From Geosiphon pyriformis uo1 (Eukaryota > Fungi > Glomeromycota), in the NCBI GenBank assembly GCA_016748015.1, contig JAAOMT010000303.1, positions 1,034,562 to 1,098,561 on the forward strand: a stretch of DNA of 64,000 nt, in the 5' to 3' direction. Under the pieces are notes generated by a model. It was not told the origin of the DNA and searched no databases. It saw only the letters and a list, made by a program, of their open reading frames with translations. Below are positions 1-12,084 of this stretch, piece by piece; the stretch's first letter is position 1, and each line of letters starts with the position of its first letter. The position numbers and the translations under genes were made by a program.

Positions 1-1345
1 TTACTTTGACCAAGCTTATTTTAAAAATGACTTTGAAGAAAAAAACAACAGTATCAATCAGCTCTTATATTCTGCAACCTTTGAACAACAGCTCCCTGAT
101 TTCGAATATCTGAATCATCAAATCCACATTTGGATTGCTGCCCATCAAGCAACTGAAACTCCCTTTGAAACAGAAAAAGAAAGCTACCAAACTGCCCCTG
201 TTTTTGATCTTTTATCAAGTGAATCAGACTCGTCTACACAAACAGTTACCCCTGAACCAATGGCTAATGACCTCATGCAAGCAAACATTCTGGCCATCCT
301 CCAAAGTATACAAACTGCTCTAGGGCAAAGAAACAACACCCCAATACCATTATTTAGAGGTGATGTACAAGATCCAATTGAATGATTAAATGACTTTGAA
401 AGAGCCACTACAGCCAATCAATATGATGATGAGTACAAGTTCCAAATTGTCAGTGGCTACCTTCAAGGATCCCCTGCTACCTGGTTCTCACAAGAAATAG
501 ATGCCAATGCCCAGCAAAGAATCGTTAGATAGACACCAGTAAATATGGGAGAAATCAACACTTCTTTCACTACTCAGTTTGAAAACAAGTTCAGAACCCC
601 AATATTAATATCAAAATGGCGTATGGAATTGGAAAAAAAAATCCAAGGTCCCGGTGAAGTTGTAACTGAATACGCCAAAGCAATCAGAAAGTTAATCAAA
701 TGAGTAGACATTGGAAGAAATTGGACAGAAGAGCAGAAAATTCACTCCTTCACAAAAGGATTGAGAACTGATCTATTGTATGCTCTTTGGCTCCTCCTGG
801 CCCTGAAAGATAATCTCACCATAGATATGGCCATTGAATTAGCACAAAGAATTGAAGACAACCAAAGAATGCACTTGAGATCCACATTACCAGTTTTTGC
901 TCCTGTTCCTGTCATGGCTCCTGCCCCTCAAATGGCTGCTACTTCTTTTGCCACTCATACTCAAAATCCAAATGAACAGTTAATAGACAGACTCACAGCA
1001 AATCTTGCTCAGTTATTAGAACCCTTAGCCCAAGCAGTCAGAGAAAATCAGCAACCACAAAGACTCAGATTTGAACCATGCTTCAATTAGCTCCAGCAAC
1101 CACCTTATTAAAGACAACAAAATCGTGGCCCACCTGTATGCTATCGCTGTAGATTAACTGGACACTTTTCAAGAGATTGCAACAATCCTCTACTGCCTCC
1201 ACCAGTCCCCAGAAACAATGATGCTCAGAACAACAGGATCAACAACAACAATGTGCCCAACCAAAGACCCAATCATGCCAACATCAATTTCTTTGGAGAG
1301 AATCCCCTAGTTGAAGCCATTGTTTATCAGCCTTTAAACTGGTAG
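1..1345 (+). pseudogene. gag: Gypsy gag (capsid plus CCHC zinc knuckle) with premature stops
   Basis: Frame +2 reads FRGDVQDPIE*LNDFERATTANQY...GYLQGSPATWF; knuckle CYRCRLTGHFSRDC at ~1138-1180; the stops are explicable as TGG/CGA/CAG transitions. Confidence 0.85.
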
Positions 1346-1381
1346 GTGCACCTCCAAAGGGTGAGAGTGCAAGCCAACTAG
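1333..1381 (+). promoter_or_regulatory. Putative -1 programmed ribosomal frameshift signal (T TTA AAC slippery heptamer plus 3' hairpin)
   Basis: TTTAAAC at 1333-1339 is in X XXY YYZ phase with gag, just before the gag stop TAG at 1343-1345; the -1 frame is open into the protease ORF; the downstream stem pairs TGCAC/GTGCA and CTC/GAG. Confidence 0.7.
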
Positions 1382-4300
1382 AAGAAAACTCTTTTTACAC
1401 TTTTAACTTAACTGATGATAACCATGACATAGATGAATTAGCAATCAACCCCTCTGAATCCACAAGAAAGAAGAAGAAAGCCAAAGTTGATTTTGTTCTA
1501 GACCCCAATAAAGCTTCTACATCAACTACTGACAACAATGAGCCCCCAAAAGCCAAAGTTTTCAAGAACCCTCCAAAGTTAAAACCCCCAGAAATAGTAC
1601 AAAAATCCGGTCCCTATTCTGTTGTCAAAAACCTTATGGAAATCCCAGCACATATAACCTTTGGCCAATTGATGACCCATCCACAATTCAGAAAAGATTT
1701 TCGCAAATCCCTAATTCCAAAGAAAAAGACATCCAAAACCAACAAACGTCCTTGCCAAGCTGGACTTGCTGACAATAGCAATGTCACTCCTCTAATTTGT
1801 AAAGCCCAAGTGGCTGGCTACTTCATCGATTTGATCCTAGACAGTGGATCATCTGTTAGTGTTATTGCCAAACACTTTCTTGAAGCAATTGGCAGAAAAA
1901 TTGATGAACCATCCACACGACCAATGACCAATATGCATGGTAATAAGAAAAAAGGGCTTGGCATAGCCAAAGCTATTTCTGTCCACATCAATGGCATCAG
2001 CATTGAAACTGATATGGAAGTGTCTGAAGCAAAAGAATACACCATCATTGTTGGCAATAAATGGCTCAAGAAAGCAAAGGCTTTGCTTGATTATGAACTC
2101 TGTGAACTAATCATCAGATGTGGTGAGAAACCCATTGTGGTTAAGTGTCACCATTGGACAACTCCCCCAGTACCCAAGCAGAGCCCAGAAGAAAATAAAT
2201 CAGATGAATCAGATGATGAAGAAAGTGAGGAAGAAGAAGAACAAAAAGAACAAGAAGAACAAGAAGAACAAGAAGAAACTGCTGAACTCACCTATACTAT
2301 CTTCACTAGCAATGGCAAACCACTAGATAATGTTAAGGCAGATAAAGAAGGAATCATTGTTAATGACAAGTTAATCTGCTGGCCTTATTATGACATGCTC
2401 AGAAGAACCTTTAACAGAAAGCCAGGCAAGAAAGCCAAATACAGTTATTGGTGGCATGGTCCTTGTGCCCAGTGCTGGTGCGACAAACCATTGTATTCTC
2501 CTAGCGATGAATGCATGTTCTGCCTGATCTATTACAAAGATTGGGAACCAATCAGCTTGATATTTCGAGAGGAAATAAAAGAAGTCCAAAAGTCCTTTGA
2601 AAACGAACCACCTGAAATCCAATCACTGGTTGTAGAACAAAGAGAACCCTCTCCAGAAAAAAGAAAAGTAGACATTGAAAACCTGCTGGCTAGAAACAAC
2701 TCAGTTATCTCAAAAGAAGGTGAACCTCCTGGACGTACATATGTAATACAACACACCATCATCACCAGAGAAACTCGCCCCATCCATTTGAAGCCCTATC
2801 AATCTAACTGGCACAATGATGAGTTTATCAAAAAAGAAATAACTTGAATGAAAACCCTTGAATTCATACAGAAAACCAAGAGTGAATGGGCATTCCCAGT
2901 TGTAGTGGTATTCAAAAAAAGAGGAACCCTACGCTTTTGTGTTGACTATCGCCAATTAAATGCCATTACTGAAAGAGACATGTACCCACTTCCCAAGATT
3001 GATACAATGCTAGACCAATTCTATAGTGCCACTTTCTTCTCAACCATTGACTTAACTGCTGGATTCTGGCAAGTAGAGATGGATCCAGAAAGCAAAAAGA
3101 AAACTGCCTTCATTACCAAGTATGGTACCTACGAGTTCACAGTCATGCCTTTTGATCTCACAAATGCTCCTTCCACCTTTCAATGCTTAATGAACAAAGT
3201 ATTTGAATCAGTAGAAGAAAACTTTGTTCTAGTCTACTTGGACGACATAATGGTATACTCAAAAACCTGGGATGAACATCTTGAACATTTGCAAAAGGTT
3301 TTTAACCTCCTTAGAAATGCTGGTCTCAAGATCAATCCAATCAAATCATTCTTTGGACGTCAATCCACCCAGTTCCTTGGCCATCTTATTACAAAAGATG
3401 GAATCTTCTCTGATCCAGCCAAAATTGAAAAAGTTCAAAACATTAGACAACCAATGAATGTTCATGAACTATGCTCTTTTCTTGGTTTGGCCTTTTATTA
3501 TCACAAGTTTGTCAAGAATTTCTCCAAAATTGCTGCTCCTCTCAATTAGCTACTTAGGAAAAACATCAATTATCACTGGGGCACTCATTAACAAAAAGCA
3601 TTTAAAATTCTGAAGGAAAAACTGGTTACAGAACCCATCCTCATGCAACCTAATTTGGATTGAACTTTTTTCCTCCACACTGATGCATCTGGCTATGGAC
3701 TTGGTGCTGTTTTTTCCCAGAAAGACAAAGATAGCAAGGAACATGCCATAACATATGCCAGTAGAACTCTCACACCAGCAGAAAAGAACTACTCAGTCAC
3801 TGAGCAAGAATGCTTAGCAGTAGTTTGGGCTACCAGTTACTGGGACAAATATCTTAAGGGTGTGAAATTTTTGGTGGTAACAGATCACCAAGCTTTGGTT
3901 TGGCTACGCAACAAAAAAAACCTGGAACATAAACGGATAACTCACTGGATACTCCACTTGGATGAATTCGACTATGACATTCAACACCGTAAAGGAGCTA
4001 ATCATCAAAATGCTGACACTCTCTCCAGACTTACCATCCAGTGATAGTAAAACCCTTTCAAACCAAACCAACTTAATTATTTGTAACTTCCTCACAAACA
4101 AACATGATAATGAACTTGGACAACTACTCTGCTTTAATGAAATTTTTGGGTAAAGGACAATACCTGCTGGACTATACTCGACAGCAAAGAGAACATTTGC
4201 ACAAACAATCAAATTTCTATTTGATTCGCTAGAACCAGTTATATAAAAGAAATAAAAAAGATTTTGACCGCCCCCAGAGAGTCATTAGATTTAAAGAAAG

Positions 4301-5417
4301 AGAAATTGTGATCTACAATATGCATACTGATCCATTAGCTGGACACTTTGGAAAAACAAAAACAATTCAAAAAACTTTAGCTCGCTATTATTGGCCTATC
4401 TTGGGAAAAGACATTGCTGAATACATCAAAACCTGTGATACCTGCCAAAGAAGAGGAAAACCCAATCGCAAAGAAGATATCCATCCAATCTCTGTTGGTT
4501 AACCATTTGATAAAATTGGTATAGATGTTGTTGGACTTTTAACAGTAACTCCTGATGGCAACAGATACATTATCACAGCTACCGACTATCTTACAAAGTG
4601 GGTAGAAGCAAGAGCCACCTCAGATCAAACAGCAGTCTCAATTGCCAATTTCATTTATGAAGATATTATCTGTCACTACAGCTGCCCCAAAGAACTTTTA
4701 TCTGATAGAGGAAGAGCTTTTCTCAGTACACTGGTTGAAGAACTTTGCAAAAAAATGGGAATATGTCATAAACTCTCTTCCCCTTATTACCCCCAAACAA
4801 ATGGCCTAGTGGAACATTTCAATAGAACACTATGTGAAACCCTAGCCAAAACCAGTAAAAAAACCAACCTATGAGACAAAGTATTGCCTTCAGCCTTGTT
4901 TGCTTACAGAACTGTGAATCATGACATAACAAGTTATGAACCCTTTTATCTGCTCTATGAATGAATAGCAACTCTACCAATAGAAACAAATATAGAAACA
5001 ATACCTTTTGAAGAAATAACAATAGGAGATTACAAGGACATTTTGCAAAGAAGACTTGGTACCATTCTTGACTCATTAGTAAAAGCACGGATAATTGCCT
5101 TTGAAAAAATAAAACAGTTCCAAGAGAAGCTCAAAAAGAAAAAGATCTATAAAACACTTTCCTTAAGTGTTAGTGACTTAGTTTTGGAATATCGTTCAGA
5201 CAGAGACAATGTCTATGGTAATAAATTCTCTAGCTGGTGGAAAAGACCCTTTATAGTTAACAAAGTTTTGAACAATGGTTCTTATATCTTACAAGATCAA
5301 TATGGAACAATATTCAGTGATTGCTCTGTTCATGGCACGCAACTCAAGAAATATCACAAACAACCTGATTGGTTACCTGTTGTGGTAATACTGACCCAAA
5401 TGATCAGCAAAAATTAG
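1333..5417 (+). pseudogene. pol: Gypsy pol polyprotein (aspartic protease, RT, RNase H, integrase) broken by stops and a frameshift
   Basis: LILDSGSS protease motif; RFCVDYRQLN, YPLPKID and YLDD RT motifs; LHTDASGYGLGAV...EQECLAV...VTDH...NADTLSR RNase H; H-H-C-C zinc finger, IGIDVVG, SDRG and PQTNGLVE integrase. Confidence 0.95.
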
Positions 5418-6121
5418 ATATAAATAAATGCATCATTCCCAAAACAGAAGTATCTTCAATTGACATAAACAATTATTTCCTGGATCAAAACATTCAAAAT
5501 GCTTTCTATACTCTTCATGAGTACTGGATCAAGAACTATCCAAATGCTACTCTGACTATCAGAAAACAAACCACTATAACAGACAACAGTGGAACTCACA
5601 CTGTTATTAGACCAAAAAAAACAACTACCAGAAGAGAAAGAATTGGTGGCAAATTGGATAAATACCTGCTGGAAAGCATAACAGCAGCAATATTTTTACC
5701 TTCCAGCACAATTGGAAAAACAATACAAGAAATTTTGCCTATAGACAAAAACTTGTCATATAGAAGACAACTAGAACTCTATGGTCGTCTTGGTGAAATC
5801 ATAGAAGACATGAAGCTCATGAAGAAAACAACTTCAGAGATACAAGTGAAAATTTTGGGCATTATACGTTTAGATGTCCCAAGAGTTTTGATCATTGCAA
5901 GAAGAGCCAGAACTCTTATACAAAGATTTGGTCTCTTGGATACAAAGCTTATTTCACCTCAAGTACTATATACTCTATCTACAAAAGACTTCAACAAACT
6001 AGTTAGTTTTGAGTTAGACAAAACTCTTCACATAAACTATCCCATAAATAGTTTGATTTTGCTGGAGCTCAATCTCTTTGAAGAGGATAATGTTATGATT
6101 GAAACACATAGTTTTTATTAA
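5369..6121 (+). CDS. Extra retrotransposon ORF (about 250 aa, unknown function) between integrase and the 3' LTR
   Basis: Stop-free 250-codon frame overlapping the integrase end and running through the PPT into the LTR; no signal peptide or TM helix; no early ATG, so the start is uncertain. Confidence 0.55.
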   Translation: MVTCCGNTDPNDQQKLDINKCIIPKTEVSSIDINNYFLDQNIQNAFYTLHEYWIKNYPNATLTIRKQTTITDNSGTHTVIRPKKTTTRRERIGGKLDKYLLESITAAIFLPSSTIGKTIQEILPIDKNLSYRRQLELYGRLGEIIEDMKLMKKTTSEIQVKILGIIRLDVPRVLIIARRARTLIQRFGLLDTKLISPQVLYTLSTKDFNKLVSFELDKTLHINYPINSLILLELNLFEEDNVMIETHSFY

Positions 6122-6756
6122 TTATCACATGTATTAGCCAATGATGTCATATAATTAGCCATCCTATTTTTAGATAGTAATTGTTGACCTGATCAATGAC
6201 CTGACTGTTGACCTGATTATTAACCTGATCATTGACCACTTTAGATAGCTATATAAGTGATGATTTCCTTAGCTGTAGAAAGACATGATTAAAGTAATGA
6301 AATAAACAATATCAATTACTTCCTCTCATAATCGCTTATTCCCTTTTCTTTACCTTCAAGTATCTACTTGTTGGCATTTACATACCTTATCTTTTTCCCT
6401 TCTTGATTTGTTTTTGTTAAAATTAGCCTAAGAAGCAATTGGCTTGCTCTTGTAATTCATTGAATAAAGAAACAATTGAAAAGTACAATGATACCTGTTA
6501 TTGATTCTAAGAATCGCTGAGTTAAGGCATAGAATAATAGCAGCAGTGTTATCTTGTTGACAATTACGGACTATTCCTCTATCTTCAGATTTAAGAAAAG
6601 ATTAGTGACTGTGATTTTTATGAGACTAATCACGCACATTGAATTCCTACTTATTCAATTTGCTTTCTTATTGTAATTCTTTCTTTGTTTATTTCTATTA
6701 CCATACAATACTGTTTTCCCTTGCTATCCATTAGCTTGTTATTCCAACCCATAACA
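6091..6756 (+). repeat. 3' LTR of element A (666 bp)
   Basis: 7-bp terminal inverted repeat TGTTATG/CATAACA; preceded by the PPT; TATATAAG near 6249 and AATAAA near 6301; ~12-bp TGACCTGA-containing tandem repeats at 6182-6238. Confidence 0.9.
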
Positions 6757-7960
6757 TTATTTTTTGATCTAAAACTAACTACAGTATAACAAACTCTATT
6801 ACCAGTTTTAAATAATTAATTAATGATACAAGTTTTTTTATCAGCTTCTTTTAATAAAACATCTAGATTATAAGCTGTTATTTTTATAAGCAAAATAAAC
6901 AAAATTACTCTAAAATAATTCTTAGACATTTAAATATTGTGATCTTTCACAGTTTTTGTTATATGTACTAAATTTTTTCCAATTAAAAATAATTATTTAA
7001 TTGTCAACTAATCTGTTTAAACTGATTTAGCAAACTCTATTACAGCAATTAATTATTATCAAATTAATATTATTTAACTATATTTAAATACTACAACAAT
7101 AATTATCTTTTTAATATATTCATAAGAATTTTTTTGATAATTACAGTCTAATTTGAACAGAGTTCTTGTTTTTTGAGATTGTTGTTTACAATAATGTTTT
7201 TTTTTGGCCAATAATATAGCCTTTTTTATCTTTTTTTTTATATAAATGTAGATCTAATAATTTTTTCAAATTTTAAAAAAGTAATAGTCTTTCCAAAACT
7301 ATTTACAATTAAAAAAATTTTCCTAATTACTTGAGTTTTTGCAGTTGTTAATTTATATTTTACTATTAAAATAATAATATTCAAAGCAAAAATTTTTTTA
7401 ATTGTTATTTTAACAGAAGTTTTTATTATCTTAAAATTAATTTATTTTTTGTTTAAAAAAATATTAAGAGAAAGTAAAAAAGATCTAATTTTTTCTTCTA
7501 TATTAAAATTGAAAAAACCAAAAAAAAAATTATAATTGATACTAGTAATTATTCTTTTGGTTTTCAGAATAGTAATAGCTAAATTTAAAAGAAACTTACT
7601 ATCAATACCAATTATAATACTATTATTTTTATTATTATTAAACTTATTGTCTATATTCAAATACATACTACTATTAAAACCAAACTTAACTAAAAAAATA
7701 TTGTTTTTGTCATCAAAGTATTTAATATTATTAAGCATAATCTTTTTTTCTAAAAAAAAATCACTAACAAAATCATGAAAAGTTTTTTTAAGCACTTTTT
7801 TCTTAAATATGCTATTACTTAAAACAGTTTTTAAGTCTATAACAAAGTGTTATATGTTTAAAAAATATTAAAAAAAAACAACAAGAAAATAAAACTTTTT
7901 TTTTAAAAAATATGCTTTTTAAAAAATATTAAACATAAGAAAAAAAAAAGTTTTTTAAAT
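6757..7960 (-). mobile_element. 5' fragment (ORF1) of a LINE, interrupted by element A
   Basis: Colinear homology with ~23570-24790; for example the ORF-track peptides ...FKRNLLSIPIIILLFLLLLN and ...FKKNLLSMSSIIILFLLLLN. Confidence 0.8.
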
Positions 7961-8439
7961 TATAATCTATAATTTAATTAATATTAATAATAATAAACTA
8001 TAAATATTTATTTATATTTTTAATTCTAAGTTAAAAAAATAGATTATAATATTATTAATTATTTTTAAAAAGCTAAAATTTTAATTAAATTAACAAATAT
8101 GTTTCTGTTAAACCAGATTATACAACTTTAAAATTATTAGTATTAAGTATATTTTTTATGTAAAGTATTAAATATAAACAGCTTTTATTAACAAATTTAT
8201 TTTTTAAAAGAATTAAACATATATATAAATTAATTAAAAATTAAATCTTTAAAATTTAAATACTTTTTATTATTAAAAAAATTTTTAAATAAAACACAAA
8301 TTGTGATTATTTAAAAGCTAATTAGTAAAAATATTTTTAAATTTTTTAAAAAATTTTTTAATTTTAAAATATTAAAATATTATTATAAAAACAAAAAACA
8401 TTAAATATATATATATTTTTTTAATGTAATTAATAAATA

Positions 8440-11214
8440 AAATCTAATTATTATCTAGTATACAGAATCAAATTAAGTAACTCAGACTAGACATGACTTA
8501 TATACTTATCATATGTGGCTAGCCATTTAGGCCAGACAAAACAACACTACACATTTATAAGAATCCTAATACTATTATTTAGGCCAGAAAAAAAAACATG
8601 GTTTATAATTACCAAAACTGATCATAAAAAATTTAATAATGCCAAAAGTCTAACTATACTATCTAACAACTTGGTTATTAAATTACCAATCAGACCAAAC
8701 ATTATATTATTATCTTTTATCAAACCAGCTTTTTCTATTTTAGCTCTAAATTTAGATCTACTAAGCCAAACTATAAAACAATGTTTCTATACCAGCTAAT
8801 TTATAAAATTAACAATTGTTATTAGAGATTCTTTTTTGGTTTTAAAAACTGTCATTGCTTTAGCACATCAAGCTTTTAGCACAAAACTCTTACAGATTAT
8901 AACATACAGATCTACATTTAATGAACATCTGAATAAAGTGTTCATCACAGAAAAAGAAAAAAAAAGAAAAAAGGTACAGACTTTAACTAATGATTTTCAA
9001 AGACCAGAAAACTCCAACAATATTTTTTTATAAGATTCAGCATCTTTAATACAAGTAAAAACATAATCTTGAAGTTCTATTTTATCACATAATAAATACA
9101 ATATACTTGAATATCTTTTATTATACAATTTCTTTTTAACTATTACTGATAAATGTTTATATACAGCTTTTATTAAGTATATATACAAATTGGCAGAATT
9201 TCTGTTAGTAAATTCAAACAATATATGCTGATTAAAATATCATATTTTTATAATAAACAGCCAATCTATGTTTTCAATTAAATTATTTGACACTACTTTA
9301 TAATTAAGACTGACTTTTTATTAAACACAACAAATAAAATAGTATATCTTACAAACAAAATATTAGACATTGCCAAAGACAGCCATGTTATTAGCCATAA
9401 TATAATATTTATGTACTCTATTTGACAGAAACAAAAAAAACCAGCAGTCTTACTTGCTATTTGATCTGTTTTTTTATTGTTTAGAATTTTCAAATAATTC
9501 TTAATCTTTATTTATCTAACTAAAAGATTTTTATCTTTTATTAAATTTGTAATATGTTTTTTCTTTATCTAACAACAGTTGTAAAAGTCAGATACTATAA
9601 AACTTTCCTTAGCAACACAAGTATTAATAGTCACCTGGTTATTTAGATGCAAAATTACTATATAAAATAAAAAAACATACTTTAAAGACAAAGCAACAGT
9701 CTGCAATTTAGCTAAAGTTAATAATAAAAGACTATTTACTTCAACTTTAATGTCCATATTTACAGCTAAAAAATATGTAGCAATTCTACTGACAATATTA
9801 GCAGAACTTAAGTTTTTTAAAGAATTATTTATATATATCTTGATAGTATTAGACCAAATCTTATATAAGCATTTATGTATATCAAAAAACTCATCAAATT
9901 TCAGAACATTCAGACCATATAACATGCCAGTTTAAGCAGAATTAATTGAAGATGTTTCAATATTACACAGAAATTTTGACACCAACTTAAACCAAGATGA
10001 CACAGAATCTTTAAAATTTAAATTTTTCCAATGGTAAAATGTTTTTTAATTTATAATATTACTCTTTCTATCCAAAAGCCTATTACCAAAAGCCATTTCA
10101 AATTTCTTTAAAAAGCATACTGAATTGTAGTAGAAAGACTTCTTTAAAATGTTTAACATTAAAAATCTTTTAAGATTATAAAATATATTGGGCAAATTAT
10201 TATTCAGAAACAAATCATTGGCCAAAAAGTTCTTACCATTTCAGTTAAAAAATTATTAATAAGATTGATATACAGCTTTATAGAGTATTGCAAAAGATTC
10301 AAAAAAGTTTAGTCTAAAATTTGCAAATCCAAAATTTTGTAACAGAACAGCCATTCAAAGATACTTGAAGCATTAAAAAAATTTACCACAAATGCTAATT
10401 TGCTTTCAGTTTGTATTTGTTTAAATAACTTTAAACCATAAAGAGAAAGATAGTCTAATACTTTACTAAAAAAATCACATAATAAATTGGCTTTAGATTT
10501 AAGACTTTTTCTAATCATAATGTCTCACTTATAATATATATTGAATGAGACAAAATTAAACTGAAATCTATATCTAAAAATAGGCTGTAAGATAGCTGAC
10601 ACCAAATAAAAGAACTGTTTATTCATAATAGATTTTTTAAGCACTACATTAACAAAAAATTGAATATTAGAATAAGTTTTAACCAAATTTGGCTTTGACA
10701 ATTTCTTAATTAATAAAAAGATTTTCAGATATCTGTGTACTTTATCTCTCTTGGCAATTAAAATTGGTAAGTCATTGATCTTTAAAAAAGCAATCTTAAT
10801 ATTTTGATTAATAAAAATAATTATTGTTTTTTTATTGTTTATTAAAATATTATTGATTATAAAAAATTCACTTACAATATTCAAAGCATATTGTATAAAA
10901 GTCTAACAATTCCCAATCCAAATTGTGTTATTTACAAATATACTAACAGCAAAAAAAAAATTATTTTATTATTATTCTCAATTCTGTCTGATTTGATTAT
11001 AAACTTAGAATTAATTCAGTATTTACACAAATATTCATGTTTCTTAACTTTATACAAGAGTGGATCATAAAAATTCTCCAAAGAAGAAATGAAAATATTT
11101 CATCTTGATCTAACTCATTATGCATCTTATATCTATTTAAGAGACCAAAATTAATCATTACTCTATTAATTTTATTTTTATGTATACTGCCAAAAAATTT
11201 TATAAATTAATCAC
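8440..11214 (-). mobile_element. 3' half of a degenerate LINE (RT C-terminal part, RNase H, C-terminal region, 3' UTR)
   Basis: Minus-strand LDQDEIFSFLLWRIFYDPL and FVNNTIWIG (decayed FVDD RT core, ~10910-10950); YINNSLKNL...TLAKLQTVALSL (decayed YTDGS...AEL RNase H, 9569-9925). Confidence 0.85.
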
Positions 11215-12084
11215 TGTTATAGGTGATTATTTAAGATATGGAAACAAATAACAAACCCATAATTTGGTACTTAATAGCTTGATAGTGTTGATAAATTTAA
11301 AAGTTTTTATATTTAAAGGTTTTTGTGGAGTTTTTTGTATAATAGATAGAAATTTAATGGTTTCAGTAGCTTTCTGGAATGGTAATTCCATTAAATTTCT
11401 TTTTTCAGTATGGTGGCCAGTTTATTCTGGTAGTTATGTCTTTTTGGTAAGCTATTCTTAAATTTCTATATTCTATATTCTTATTTTTGGGCCTTTTACC
11501 AGACTATTCTTGATGTTAATTATTCAGCACTTAATCTTTTTAATTAATTAATAAATCAACAAACAACAAAAAAAAATAAAAAAAATAAAAAAAATAAGAA
11601 TTAATATTCTGTTAATAACTGTGATCAAGAGCTATTGTTTTAGTGTAATTAAGTATTAGATATTATTAACATAAACTGTTAATAATAGATGAGTGGTAAA
11701 AATTTTTAATTAAACAACAATAACATAGATTGAATAATAATAAGTATGTTTATTGAATATTTTGGTGAATTTACTTTGGTTAATAGTAACTATCTATAAA
11801 ATGAAAATTAATTAATAGATAAAAAAAAATGCTAAATTAAAACTAAATCAAATACTTTTTTTGCTTCTAATATTACTAATATATATACATAATTAGTATT
11901 ATATAAGATTCTTGAAATCCTGCAATTTCTTCAGAAAAATTCTGAAATTCTAAAATTCTGGAATCTTGTAATTTTAAGTAAAGAATCTTGGTATTCTGAA
12001 ATTCTAGAATTTTTTTGTTATTATGCCTACTTTTGATTGGTTATTTTTTTAATTATATAATACTTCTGCTTTTTATAAGTAACA
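11215..12084 (-). repeat. 3' LTR of element B
   Basis: TGTTAT...GTAACA termini; aligns with 19893-20810; abutted by a minus-strand PPT (plus strand TTATTTCCTTCTTTT at 12085-12099). Confidence 0.92.

Larger units (their letters stand above)
1..6756 (+). mobile_element. Ty3/Gypsy LTR retrotransposon (element A); 5' end lies outside the window, 3' LTR intact
   Basis: Domain order gag(CCHC)-PR-RT-RNaseH-IN; polypurine tract GAAGAGGATAA at 6080-6090 followed by an LTR bounded by TGTTATG...CATAACA. Confidence 0.95.

Noticed and set aside
380-4970. In-frame TGA/TAA/TAG in gag-pol as recoding or an alternative genetic code
   Set aside because: All three stop types occur at positions explained by C>T/G>A hits on Trp, Arg or Gln codons; neighbouring host genes use the standard code
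5369-6121. Third ORF as an envelope gene
   Set aside because: No signal peptide, transmembrane anchor or furin/fusion-peptide pattern
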